In this document: positions 26,865-39,435 of the stretch, in pieces
How the letters are laid out: each line of letters begins with the position of its first letter
Numbering within the stretch: position 1 is the first letter of the stretch
Origin: Epiperipatus broadwayi
Lineage: Eukaryota; Animalia; Onychophora
Direction: 5' to 3'
Assembly (NCBI GenBank): GCA_028023455.1
Contig: JAQFVV010000007.1
Coordinates: 15,934,001 to 15,998,000 of the forward strand
Length of the DNA: 64,000 bases
Notes under the pieces: generated by a model
Database searches by the model: none
What the model was told of the DNA's origin: nothing
What the model saw: only the letters and a program-made list of their open reading frames with translations
Position numbers and translations under genes: made by a program

Positions 26865-27130
26865 TATGGTGGTAACATGCCAGTTTCTAGAGATCAAGGT
26901 CAAGGATTGTGGTTGAGCTTTTTTATGTCCAGTCCTCAAACTTTTTATAAACTCCTTAGCAATATAACCATTCTATTAAGTATTATCATGACCACCACCA
27001 CCATCACAATGTCCTACACAGTTTGGTGCAGCAGATGAGTATCAGATTCTGGAGTTTAAGATCTTTGAATCAATTTCAGTTTTGATGCATCCATAGCTCA
27101 AACTTCTTATGAACTTCTAGGCAATAAAAG
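26865..27130 (+). mobile_element. Two adjacent SINE family C copies
   Basis: cacagtttgatatggtgg..ctcaaactttttataaactccttagcaat and cacagtttggtgcagc..ctcaaacttcttatgaacttctaggcaataaa. Confidence 0.65.
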
Positions 27131-27403
27131 CCATTTTTGGTTATTGTTTTTATTATTGTAATAACTAAAACAAACTTTTTATAAATATAAAAAAAAACAT
27201 AAATATTGATTTAATGGCATGGACTGTTTGGAATGATATATGAGTACAAATGTATGCATATGTACACAAACTTTTTTTATGTGGATCAAAAAAGACTTTA
27301 AATTTTACCAAACACTTTGTGTAATCAAACCTTTTTTTTTGCCACTTCTATACCACTTACTGTAAGCTTTAGTTAGTAGTGGATAACAGATGATGGTGTT
27401 TAA

Positions 27404-27522
27404 TAAATCCCTATCCTGTGTTGAACTATCCAATATCCCCAGACTAATTTCAAGCTTATGGCTTCCATCAATGAGAAGCTTTGGATTTTAGAACAGTGCA
27501 CTTGGATCTTTAGGATCTAATG
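27404..27522 (+). mobile_element. Family A partial arm
   Basis: taaatccctat..ccaatatccccagacta..ggatctttaggatctaatg. Confidence 0.75.
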
Positions 27523-30500
27523 TACATTCCTTCTGTCAGCTGTCATTTACCTCTCTGTTATACTATGAAGTCATCAGCCATAAGTGAAAAACATAGGAAT
27601 ATATTAATCTTAGCCAATTTGTATGTATAATCATATAGAACTGAAACCAGTCCAGTTTCTAGCATCTTATATTTTTTCTAATAACTCTTGACATCTTTTT
27701 TCAGTGGTTAGGATTTGGTAATAAGCAACAAAATATTCTACTCTAGCTTATGTACTGCTGTTTTAGCAGTATTCATTTTTCTTCCACTATATGTAAGCTA
27801 GTCATGTGATATTTTATTGGTTTAAATCAATTCAAGATTATTTTTTTTAAAATAAAAAGTTTATTATAATTGTTATGATAAACAACTGTTGTTACACATC
27901 TATGCTATAAAAAACATTATTTTAAACTACTTTTTGGTATTAGTTTTAAATACACTAACATCTGTAAACATTGATTTCTCAATCTAACAATAGATGGTGC
28001 TGGGTAGAGAAAAGAACTGTATCACATATTGTGTAAGTTTAGGAATTAAAGTGAATTTAGTAATATTATTAGCATTCTAGATAGAAGGTAAAGGTGTCTT
28101 CAATTAAGAAACAACCCTGGGGTATTAAAATACACAGTTAGTGATCTGGATTGAGATCTGCATAATTATTCAGGAACATTAATTTGGAATCAGAGCTTTT
28201 TAGCTTGAATAGAAAATAAAAGTGAACTATAATTGCTAGATGTATAATCACATTACATCTAAATTTTAAGATAAAGAATTAAATGATTTGTTATTCTTAA
28301 TTTTATACATGTCACATGTATCACTTTTACCCATATGTAAAGCAAGTAAAACACATAGATTAATACAGTAATTGTAATAATAATAAATAAATTATAAAGT
28401 ATTAACAGTGATAATAAAAATTCACAACAATTATAAAACAGATATTCTTTCAGTTACTTTTGTAAAAAACGTCTATATTCCAAGATTCATGATTTGTGAT
28501 ATTTGCACTTTGCCTAGTAATTAAATATTTGCAAAGCAAGAATATTAAAATTATGAATTTTGATGTGATATGTACATCCATCACAGTTGAGAATGGTTAA
28601 GAAATTACCTGAAAACATTTCAGTTATATAATTGCAGTTATTATTGTGATTAATTAATAATTTATACTTTTATATAATATTACATATATACTGTGCTTGT
28701 TGTAAATATAGGTTAGTCATTAGAAGTTATTAAGCTGATTTGTGTTCAATCATGCATATTCACGGGGCAAAAACATGATTGAGATTATGATCTTGTTCTA
28801 AATTTGAGATACTTGAATCATGTTTTAAGCTGACAATTATCAAATCTTATTACCTGATTGTAACACTCCTATTTTGTGATTAGTTTAGATTTTGTCTTTC
28901 AGATAGATGACATCCACCTAGCTAGTCATCTAATAGAAATCAGTGAATGAGTATATAGACATTTGTCACAAAAGGATAAAAGTCACAAATTGAACAGGAT
29001 TGGTCAGATATTTACTTCTAGAAATGGCAGTGTGTGGATGCTGATCCCTCGGTTACCTTTAGCACTCTGTTCTTTAGTTACTCGGTCTGTCATTAGCTTA
29101 ACCTATGCACAATAATGTACTATATTTTCTTTATATTCAAGTAGAATCAAATCACATCCAAGGATTCCACCATCTTAGTTGCCCTGCATAATTTACTGCA
29201 GTGGTAGGGAGTTTGTGAATTTTAGAACTTGTGTCCATTTAGGTTATTTTTAATGCTCACACTTCTCATGAACTCCTGAGCAATGAACCATCCAATTATT
29301 TTCTGCTGGTTTAGTAAAGGGCAGATTTTAAAGATTAAGGTGCAAGGAATGTGGCTCAACCATTCATTTCAGGCACTCAAACTTATAAATTAGCAATTGA
29401 CATATTATTTGATTGTTTTGCACAGTGTAGTGTAATTTATCTAACTTAATACATTGAAAATAATATATTTTTATATTTGCATAAAACCAATAAGAACATT
29501 GTAATGCTTATGAAAATTCAGAGCAACTTTTATATTATTTTTTTATCACACATAGTATTAAACTGGTATCTGTCCGTTGGTTAAGTGAGATCAAGGCCAA
29601 TCATGTTTTAGTCTATCACTTTCGATGTTCCAACTTCTTATAAATAAAGTCCCGAGCCATAAAACAGTTGATTATTTATATATTGTATTGATTGTATGGT
29701 GCATTACTTTATTGTACAATAGTTTCTTTTTCTCATTTTTTAATTACAAAATTAAATATTAATTATTCTATGCTTCAAATTGATGTTTCTTTCTGAAAGT
29801 ATTTCTACCGCATCTTCCATTATCTTTTATCTTGTTTTCGTCAGAGTAGTAAATGAAACATTAAATAGTTATCTTTTTTTAAAAAAAAAAAAAAATTTAA
29901 ACTGTTTAATATTTTTATACACATTTACTCCTAAACATTACCCCAGCAGTTCTGTTTATCACGTGGTATATCAAAGCAATATTAAATGTAGAGATGGTGT
30001 CCAGAGCCAGGATTCAAGCTCGAGTGCACACAAGCTGACTACAAAATTATTATCTTCTCTGATTTAAAACAGATAATTATCATCAAATTTTTATGGAATG
30101 TCTTTTTTCTCAAAAGAACTGTTATGGCTTATAATAGAATTTCCTTTCTAATCTTTTTTTTTTTTTTATATCTGTTGAAAGTATTTCAACTATCAAGTTT
30201 TTACATGAGCATTTCAAATTTAAATGTTTTCTTTTTTGTTTCTGTTTTTTTTAATTTTATTAAAATTAAGCGCTTGTTATATTTTTCCATTTTTGCACAT
30301 TTCACTTTATCTATTATACAAATATATATGTAGGAAAGCGCAATGCATGCGATCCGGGTTCGAATCCGAACAGAATAAACTTGAATTATTTTCTAATTCT
30401 ATTTGCTTTTTCGTCAGGCAACTGGCTATTAACCAACTCAAAAAACATCTAATTTTTGGCTAGCAAATGTATATTTAATTATCATTAGTCAGACTAAAAA

Positions 30501-32675
30501 ACAAACTTGAATAATTATGCAAACATAACTCTTAAAAGTTATCAAGTAAGCTAACATTATCTGTTCATTTGGTTGTAGCGACCTACTGCCAAGTTGCCAC
30601 ACTTTGTTTTTGAGCAGAGAATTTAACGTGAATCTATATGAGTAATATATTAAGTAATCTGCCGAAATCCGGATTTGTGATTGACTTGACAATGGGTTCT
30701 TTGATATAAAATAATAAACATCAGTTTGTCATGTGGTTGTTCAATTTGGGGAGTGTAGAGACATCATTAAGTTGTACTAGTTTAAAATATTGAAATGTTA
30801 AAAAAATTAAATGAGGGACAAGTAATGGTATCTGACCAGTAATGTTAATCAACTGTTGATCATAGTGCTCTCTTGATTAATTATTTAAAAAACATTCAGG
30901 TAGAAAAGTTAATATATATATAAATAAAAAATTGCCACCCACAATGTCAGTAACAGCTATTCAGTGCAAATAAAAGTTACTTATTTATAATTGCATAGCA
31001 ATGATTGCTTAACAGTGACTAAGCAGTTATAAATAAGTAGCTTGTATTTGTATCCCATAATTGTTATAGATAATCTTGTGTATGTCTTTCTCCAATTAGC
31101 TTTCTTTATACATTAGGTATTATGCATTTTTTAATAGGTATTGCTACAATATGACAAATATAGACAAAGTTCTGGTACTTTGGTTCATCATGGACCATAA
31201 ACAGATATTATTCATACTATTTTGAGACCCAAAAATGATTTTTTTTATATGTCTTAAAAATAAACTATATACCGCATTAATATATACCTATCATTTATGA
31301 ATAATTGAGTCAATGTAGTACCATCAATCTCATATTTGATCTTAGCAGAATTTGGATTATTTTTTTTTTAGAATGTTGAAAATGTGTAAATAATTGAAGG
31401 ATTTTCAGGTAGTTGGCCACATTCAATCCAGTTAATCGTCCAAGTATTGATCTGTAAATGGATATCTATTTATTTTTAGCTGATTAATAAGATGCTGATA
31501 AAGATGGCACACTTCTCTTGGCATTGAGCACATAATTTATTATTTGCCATTTATCTTCTTAGAACATAGTATTAGTGATTACAGTCTATATTTCAGTTCA
31601 GAGAAAGTTTGTTAAACGGTTGAAACTGTAAGCTATTTGCAAATGAAAAATAAATTGCCTCTATAGATAAAGTGATTTTATTATTTATATTAGTGTTCAT
31701 GTTACAGGAAATATGATAGTCTTAAAACATGATAATCTTAAAACTGTTATTGTATAATAAATCAGTACCTTTTTATGGATGAGATTATAGCTCTGTTTAT
31801 AAACTCAGACTTGTATTTTTTCTGATTATATCGATATCATTAAAGAAAATGAAATATTGCTTTTAACATTTAATTTCAGAAATAATTAGTAATGGTATTT
31901 CCTAATGTTTACTTTTGCAATTAAACTGTTTAAAATAAATAAATAAAATGACTCGTTTCGCAGTTTCATAATTTACATAAAAACTAATTCATTTTAAACG
32001 GTGACCTTTAGGTTTCTTTCTTAAGTAGAATTCACTTATATCTTTGATAAACTCAAATAAAAACATACGCGTACACACAAAGAGAAATACGTTTAAATAT
32101 AGTACTGTATATTTTAACAAAAAATTCCCCTGCATGGCGCTGTTGTAGAGAGAAACTCCGGAGAGTTTGATCACTGACTTCAATCTCAGCTAAGTTTTTT
32201 TTATCTTTTTTATGCGATTAATCATCTGAAATCATCGATTTAAGTACTTTAATTGTGGTATGAAAGTGAGGAGTAAATTGTGATCAAGAGAGATAGTTTT
32301 TGTTTTTTTTTAATTTGGAAAGATCAAAATTATTTTTTAAAAAAAGTGTTTCGATCAGATCGATCGCCATTTTAAAAATATAGCAGTTTAAAAAAAAAAT
32401 TAAAATCTTTTTGTTTAAGGTGTGTTAATGTAAGGATTTCTATAACTAAATTTAGTTGGTTTAAATTTGGTACTTAAGTTTTTTTAAATTTTAATTTAGG
32501 AACATTTAGTTATTTTGAAGTAAAAGTTAACGTTTTAGAAGCTTAAGGTACACATGGTTATTGATAGATCGTTTTTGAAAGTAAAAGTTTTTATCTTTCT
32601 GTGCAAAAGGGTTTGAAGAGTAGAAGAGGAAGTATAAAGTCAAATATAGAATAGGTGGCTTGGAAAATAAGTAAT

Positions 32676-33690
32676 ATGGATTGCATTTGTATTTTACAAT
32701 GCATATGTAATCGTCAGAAAAGAATTAGGCGGGCTGTGGTAGAATGTAATTTATGTGATGAGGTTTTCCACTTGAAATGCTTAAATTAGACTAGAAAGGA
32801 TGTAACAGGTTTATGGTTTTTTAGACAGTGTGTGAATGTGATAAAAGAGGTGCAAAAGTGGTTTCAAAATGTAGATAGCATAAAGAGAAAGTCTGGAGAA
32901 ATGGAGCAAAACATAGTTGAGGAAGGCAGGAAGTTAGGAGAAATGGAACAAAACGTAGTTGAGGAAGGCAGGATAGAGTGTGTTTGTAGTGGAGTGACAA
33001 GAGATATGGATGGAAAAATAGGTAGTGCATTGGAGATGGTTGGCCAAAGAATAAGATAGAGGAAGAGGTAAAGGATGTAGAAGTAAAATTAAAATAGTTA
33101 GAGATGAAGTGTGAGCAGATAAGGAATTATTGAGTAGAAATGATAAGGAAGTCCAGAAGGTGGTAGAGAAGATTGTGAATGAAGCAGAGAAAGTAGACTA
33201 TGAGACAGTATTGATAGGGGATTCATTAATAAGAGAATGTGGAGATATAATTGCAAGGGAAAATAGAAACAGGTATGTATGAGTATGTTTGCCGGGAGCA
33301 AGAATTAGGGATGTTCCAGATAAAGTAAAGAAGCAAGGGAATAGGGATGTATATGTTATGATAGGGACTAATAATTTATCAGAGTCATCAGAAAGAGTAA
33401 TGGGTGAGTACACAGAATTGATTAGGAATTTGAGTGTGGTTAAAGGAAGAGTAGGAATAGTTGGATTATTACCAAGATTTGATAAAAGGTATATGTTAGA
33501 TAGGACATGTTCTGTAAATGAGAGATTGAAAGAATTGTGTGAGAGAAATGATGTTACACTTGTGGATGTGTGGGATTTTTTTATTGGGAAGAGGGAGTTA
33601 TATAATAAAGATGGGTTGCACTTAGGGAAACAAGGAAGTGAAGTTTTAGGGAGTCTGATTTATAAAGAATGTAGTTCGGGAAACTTGTAA
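32676..33690 (+). pseudogene. LINE ORF1 (disrupted): PHD finger, coiled coil, SGNH/GDSL esterase
   Basis: CICN..ECNLCDEVFHLKC..WF(C>F)RQC at 32676-32831; GDSL at 33217-33228, then PGARI, IGTNN and DGLHL blocks; in-frame stops at 32787 and just before VCLPGA. Confidence 0.88.
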
Positions 33691-33789
33691 AGGGAGGTGG
33701 GATTTTAAATTGTAGTGTTATTACAAAAAAAAAGAATGGATGGGATATAAGGAATAAACAAAGGGAAGTTGATTTAGATATAAATGTAG

Positions 33790-36700
33790 ATGTGGAGAGG
33801 GAATGGGTCTGTAAAATTAATGGTAAGCAAGTTATTTATAAACATAATGGAGAAGAAAGAATCAAAAAAATTTATAGTTAGGAAAGAAAAAATGGTTAAA
33901 ATTGGGTATTTGAATATGCAAAGTGGTAGGAGACCAGAAAAGTGGCAGGAATTAAACAAAGCAATTGAAAATGAAGAGCTTGAGGTATTAGCAGTAGTGG
34001 AAACACATCTAAAAGAAGAAGAAGAAGAACCTGTTTTGAAAGATTTGGTATGGCAGGGTATAAATAGAAAAAAGAAAGAAAAAAAGGGTGGTGGTATAGG
34101 TGTTATATAAAAAAAATATTTAAATACTGTTAAATGCCAAGAACATTTGTGGTTTGAAATAAGGTTGGGAAGACAAGAATGGATGGTGGCTATAGTTTAT
34201 ATAGCTACTGGAGATAGTGAAACTATAATGGAGTGGAACAATAGCATATATGAGTGCCCAGTTAAGTATATACAGAGCTTTAAAGAAAAGGGGACAAGAA
34301 TAATGGTTATAGGAGATATGAATGGGCATATTGAAGAAATTGATGATTAGATAATAAGAATGGACAACTTTTGAAGAAATTTTGTCAGAGAGTAAATTTG
34401 AGCATTGGAAACTTATCAAATATTTATGAGGGACAATACCCATGATCTAGAAATAATATATTCCACACAATAGATTATGTATTAGTAGAGAGAGAGGGAA
34501 TGAATAAAGTACGGAAAATTAAGGTGTTTGATAATGAAGAAAGAGTATGTAATAGTGATCATAATTTTTTTGTAATTGAAATGATTAGTAATGTGATGGA
34601 AAATAGAAATAAAAGTAGAAAAATAATAAAAGATGTGGATGGAGAGTAAATGATAAGAATAAGTTTGAATAGTATAAAATACAAGTTGAAGAAATCATGG
34701 AAGAGTTGGTTGAAAATGAGTATGAGGACTGGTGTGATGAAATAGAAAAAGTGGCAAATAGGGTTTTAGGTGAGAATATTCAGAAGAATAAAAGTAATAG
34801 AAAAATGAAGAGTTAGGAAAAGAGAGGAAAAAAGCATGCAGAGAATATAAGTATGCTATTAAGAACAAAGAAAGTGAAAAAGATATTAATGCTAAATGAG
34901 AAAAATACTTATAAAAGAAGTTTGCTAAAATAGATAATTATAGACAGATAATGAAACTAAACAGTAAATTATTGCATGATATTAATAAAAGTGGAAGATA
35001 TGGGAGTAAAAAATTTTGAAATTACATTAAAAAGAGAAATTTAGGGGAGAGATACTATTACTGGATGAGGAGGGAATAGAGTGTAGCTCTAGAGAAGAAT
35101 TAGAGAGAATATTATAATAGTTATGTAATGGATATAGAAAAGATGTTAGATGTGAAGGACAGAGGGATAGAAAATATGAAAGCATATAGTAATGGGAATA
35201 TTAGGTTTACAGAAAATGAACTGAATGAGGCAGGGAAGAAATTGAGAAGTGGTAAGGCAAGAGGGTTAGATGGTTGAGCAGCAGAGATAGTAATGAATTT
35301 AGGGTGTAGGGCAAAAGTAAAGTTACTATCATGTTTGAATAAGATGGCACAGAAGAGAGGTTTTCCAGGGAGTTGGAGTAATACGAGAGTAAGATTATTA
35401 TTTAAAGGAAAAGGTAAGGATCATAGAAAGTTAAATAATTATAGACCGATAGCGGAAACATTAGTTTTATATATAAAGTTTTTTCATATATGGTGGCTGG
35501 AAGAGTTGCAAAATGGATGGAAGAAAATAATGTAGTGGGGGAAATGCAAGGAGGTGTTAGGTCAAATAGGCATATAGGAGATAGTTTATTTGTAGTTACA
35601 CAACTTATGGATATGAGTAGGAATTCAGGTAGACAGTCATATATGAGTTTTATAGATATAGTATGGATAAGTTTAGAAAATCTGGGAATGGATAAAGCTT
35701 TGGTGAATGTTATTAAGAAATTATATGAAAATAATTACTATACATATCAATTAGGGGATATAGAATCAGTTAAAGTTAAAAATGGGGTGGGACTGAGGCA
35801 AGGATGCCCTATGTCACCTATTTTGTTGTGTTGTATTTGAGTGACATTGGAGAGAGCAATAGAAAGACTAAGAAGAGGGATAGAGGTACCGTTAATAGGT
35901 GGCTAGCGAGTGTATACATTGTCGGGTCTTTTTCTTTGCGGATGATGTTTTTTTGTGTACAGAAAGAAGGAAAGATATGGAAGTTATGCTGAGAACATGC
36001 GCAAGGGTGAGTAAAGATATGGGGATTAAATTTAGTGAAGAAAAATCAAATATAATGATGGTGAATACTGGGGGAAAAGAAGACAAAGATTTCTTATTGG
36101 GGGATATAAAGTTAAGTGTGGTGTATAGATATAGATATTTGGGAATCATCTTGAGTAATAAGAAAAATTGCTTGGATGAATGGGAGAAAAAATTGATAAA
36201 TGAAGCAAAGAAAAGAAAGGGATTAAGAAATTAACAGTGTTTTCATATAATAAATATGATGTAGCTAGAATTGTATGGAAGGGAGTGGTAGTAGCAGGGT
36301 TAACATACGGCAATGATGCATTATGTGTTAGTAAAGGGGTATTACATTACTTAGAAAAAGTACAAAGGGAAGTAGGAAGACATGCATTAGATGCAGAGGT
36401 GTGGACACCAAAGGAGGTAATTCAAGGAGAAATGGGTTGGTCAAGTTTTTATATGAGGGATGCAAAAAGCAAATTGAAAATGCGGTAGATTGCAGTTTAT
36501 AGATAATAAAGGAATAGCCAAAATAGTATTTAATTGGGTTACAAGTAAAGGGTAGGCAACAAGATGGGTGAGAAAGGTAATGCAGTATGCAGGAGACTTG
36601 GATAAAGAATTTATGTCAGTATACTTGTACAAAAGGTGGGATGATTGTGTTAGGAGGATTGTTGAGTGTTTTAGTGGTAAGGCGTGGGATAGAAGAATAG

Positions 36701-37161
36701 ATGCATTAATAAAGAATAGGGAGTTGGAGAGATGGAGAACTAGTATAGAGAGTAAAACGAGTTTAAATATATATAGAAGTAAACGGAACATTGGCTGTGA
36801 GTTAATTTATGATAATAGTAAGGAAAGTAGTTTATTGTTTAAGGCTTGAACGGGATCCTTAGCAACAAGGGAATATACATGTAAATGGAAAAATATGGGT
36901 GATTTAGTCTGCAAGTTGTGTAAGGAAGGCATAGAAAATATTAGGCATCTGTTACTTCAATGTAAATGCTTGGAAGCAGAAAAGGTACAAATAATGAAGT
37001 TATGGAAGATTAATTATGAACAAAGTGATTACACAGAAAGTGAGTTATTGGTTTTTATGCTAAGTTTGGGAAAAGATAAGGGGGGTTTAGATATGAAGGT
37101 CATGGCATTGACAAAGATTATGTTGTGGAAATTGGATGGAGCAGATTATGGGAAAACTTAG
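33790..37161 (+). pseudogene. LINE ORF2 (disrupted): AP endonuclease, reverse transcriptase, CCHC knuckle
   Basis: ORF-track pieces 33790-37161 carry consecutive APE, RT and zinc-knuckle motifs separated by stops and frameshifts. Confidence 0.92.
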
Positions 37162-37289
37162 GATGGAGAATGGAAAGGGAAGGTAAAGTGGCTAACAGGT
37201 TTCTCTGGGCATAGCTGCTGTGAGATTCCTGACTCCGTTTAAGGAGAAGTCACAGTGCAGCACATTGAACCTAGGCTTTCTGGATCTCA

Positions 37290-37385
37290 GCACTGGTGGT
37301 GGAATGACGATTCTGGAGTTTAAGGTTCATGGATCAGCCGAATTTTGTCACTTCTAGTGCTCAAACTTTTTATGCAATAAGGTCA
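37290..37385 (+). mobile_element. SINE family C copy just after the LINE tail
   Basis: gattctggagtttaaggttcatggatc..gtgctcaaactttttatgcaataa. Confidence 0.62.
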
Positions 37386-39279
37386 TTTGATTTTTTTTTT
37401 TACTCTGAGCAGGAGTTTGTTTATTGCTTCAAAACAATAGCAGAATTTTTGTGAAAGTTAGGCTATAATAAATATTTCTTTAAAAAAAAAAAAAAAAAGA
37501 TATATAATAAATATTTCTTCTACTCATCTCCAAGGTCATGCATTGCAAGCTTAAGAAATTGTTTATTAGATAGTAGAGCTACTCAAATACCCAAGCTAGT
37601 AAGTAGATTTTGTATTCTTACGATCTTGAAAGACTAATCTTATAAATAAAATAGCATATACACTTTGCATAAACACTTTTCAAATGCAATTTAATATAAT
37701 AGAAATTACAATACTTCCAAAAGACTAATCTTCAGGATTTGCACAAGTCTATCAATTGTATACATTAATGATACCTTAAGTTTAACAGTAGGTGTCTGGG
37801 ATAGAACTAATAGCACGAGTTAGTTTGCCAAATACGTAGTAAAAGGTAGCTAGGAATATTCACTTTAAGCTTAATTTTGTTTAATAAAGACTTTATATCA
37901 CAATAACTAAGCATTCAGTTATATCAGGAATTCAAAAAAATGTATAGAGGTTCAACTGTGATTATTAATTAGGTCTGCCAAATTCAATTTATAGAACATG
38001 GTAAATAGAATTTCTCCTGAAGGATTCCATATCTATTTGGATAGTTTTTTGAATGATTTATTCATTATGAGATGGGAAAAGTTATCCATCTTGTTATGGG
38101 GTGTGGGGCATATCTGTCATCTTTTTGAGTACAGTGCAGTTTTTCAGTGAAGGAGGACTGTCCTGTAATATGGCTAAAATAAGTTCAATGTGATCATTTG
38201 TGCGTAAAATGAAAGTCCATGTCTAATTTGAAGAAATGTATGTTTTATATTGTTTATTTTATTTTCCAATTGTCACCAGCAGTGCAATTTAAAAATATCC
38301 GCACTTTTTCCTTCCACTGTTTACATTTTTGTATCTAAAGAGACAGAATATATTTTGCTGAATTTTGAAAGTTTTTAAAATGGATTCCCATATTTGAAGT
38401 CTCACCCCCTCCCTGGTATTTATGGCCACTGCTTGACAGACTACAATAAGGCTCTTGACTCCTAAAATCTTTTGTTGTCAGTGAATGACTCGTGAGGGGG
38501 AGGGGTGACTATCACCAAACTTATATGTCTTCATCGTTGATTTGAGATATTTGCTGTCTCTGTTTATTATCTTAATGCCTTTTTCATAGTTAATTGTAAT
38601 CATTAGATAAATATAATGAAAAAAAGCTAAAATCTGCATATTTGTGTATATTATATCTAATGTAACAGCCCTTGTGCCATCTTATTGTAGCACCATTTCT
38701 GTGACTAAAAGGATCTGCATAATTTGATGCCGCAAGAAGTCAGTCCAGAATATAGGTCAGAAATCAGCTTCTAATTTATTATTCATGTCCAACACACGAC
38801 AATGCCAGGACCCCAAACTCCTATTGCTCACTCAAATTCCCAATTTACCTCAATTTAATCCCTGGATTCAAACTCAGTTGATCACGAGACTGTATTTATA
38901 ACTGTGTTCATGGTTTGGAATAATGCTTTTCAAATCACTCAAATCAATTTCTAATTATCATATTTACAGATTATTACAATCATATACTGTAGGATATATA
39001 TATGTATATGCCCTTATATATTTATTGTATAGTTAGGTACGCAATTATATATAGTACAAAAATATTCAATTATGCAATGTTTTAGACTTCATTAATTTTG
39101 CACATAATTTTACTTAGATATTGTAAACAATAATTGGGAAAATGTATAAAATGTTATCCATATAAAATGTATCTTAATAAGTTTTGTTTTTGTATATTCT
39201 GAAGTAATTTTTTATGACTTTATAAGATTAGAAGAGGTTATGTTTTTATTCTTCAAATAATTTTAATTTTTCTTTTTAG

Positions 39280-39435
39280 CTTGCATTTCAGGAAAATATA
39301 AACACAATATAGGCGGTGATAAGTGTGTCGACTGTCCAGCAAATAGCTTTAGTACTAGAGTAGCTTCATCAGAATGCAGATGTGTAGAAGGCTTTCTCAG
39401 GGCATCGTTTGATAGCAAGGCCATGCCATGTACAA
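39280..39435 (+). CDS. Eph: Eph exon: Cys-rich/EGF-like region ([52 protein letters not shown])
   Basis: tctttttag|CT acceptor, ACAA|gtaagt donor; 156 nt, phase 1-1; Eph-typical C..G.YK and CPANS..C.C..GF.RA pattern. Confidence 0.95.

Larger units (their letters stand above)
32250..37265 (+). mobile_element. Near-full-length decayed non-LTR retrotransposon (LINE), RTE-X-like; 5' boundary uncertain (about 32130-32600)
   Basis: ORF1 with PHD and SGNH esterase; ORF2 with APE (YLNMQ, VETHL, GDMNGH, IDY, SDHN), RT (NYRPI, GLRQGCPMSP, FFADD) and C-terminal [18 protein letters not shown]; ends in CACAT tail. The clade call rests on ORF1 type, QGEMGWSSF and the microsatellite tail and needs an RT phylogeny. 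Confidence 0.92.

Noticed and set aside
30338-30372. tRNA gene (perfect B box gggttcgaatcc)
   Set aside because: No A box, D arm or acceptor stem; at most a fragment.
38097-38219. 41-codon minus-strand open stretch (WTFILRTNDHIE...)
   Set aside because: No recognisable motif or splice context; this length is expected by chance somewhere in 64 kb.
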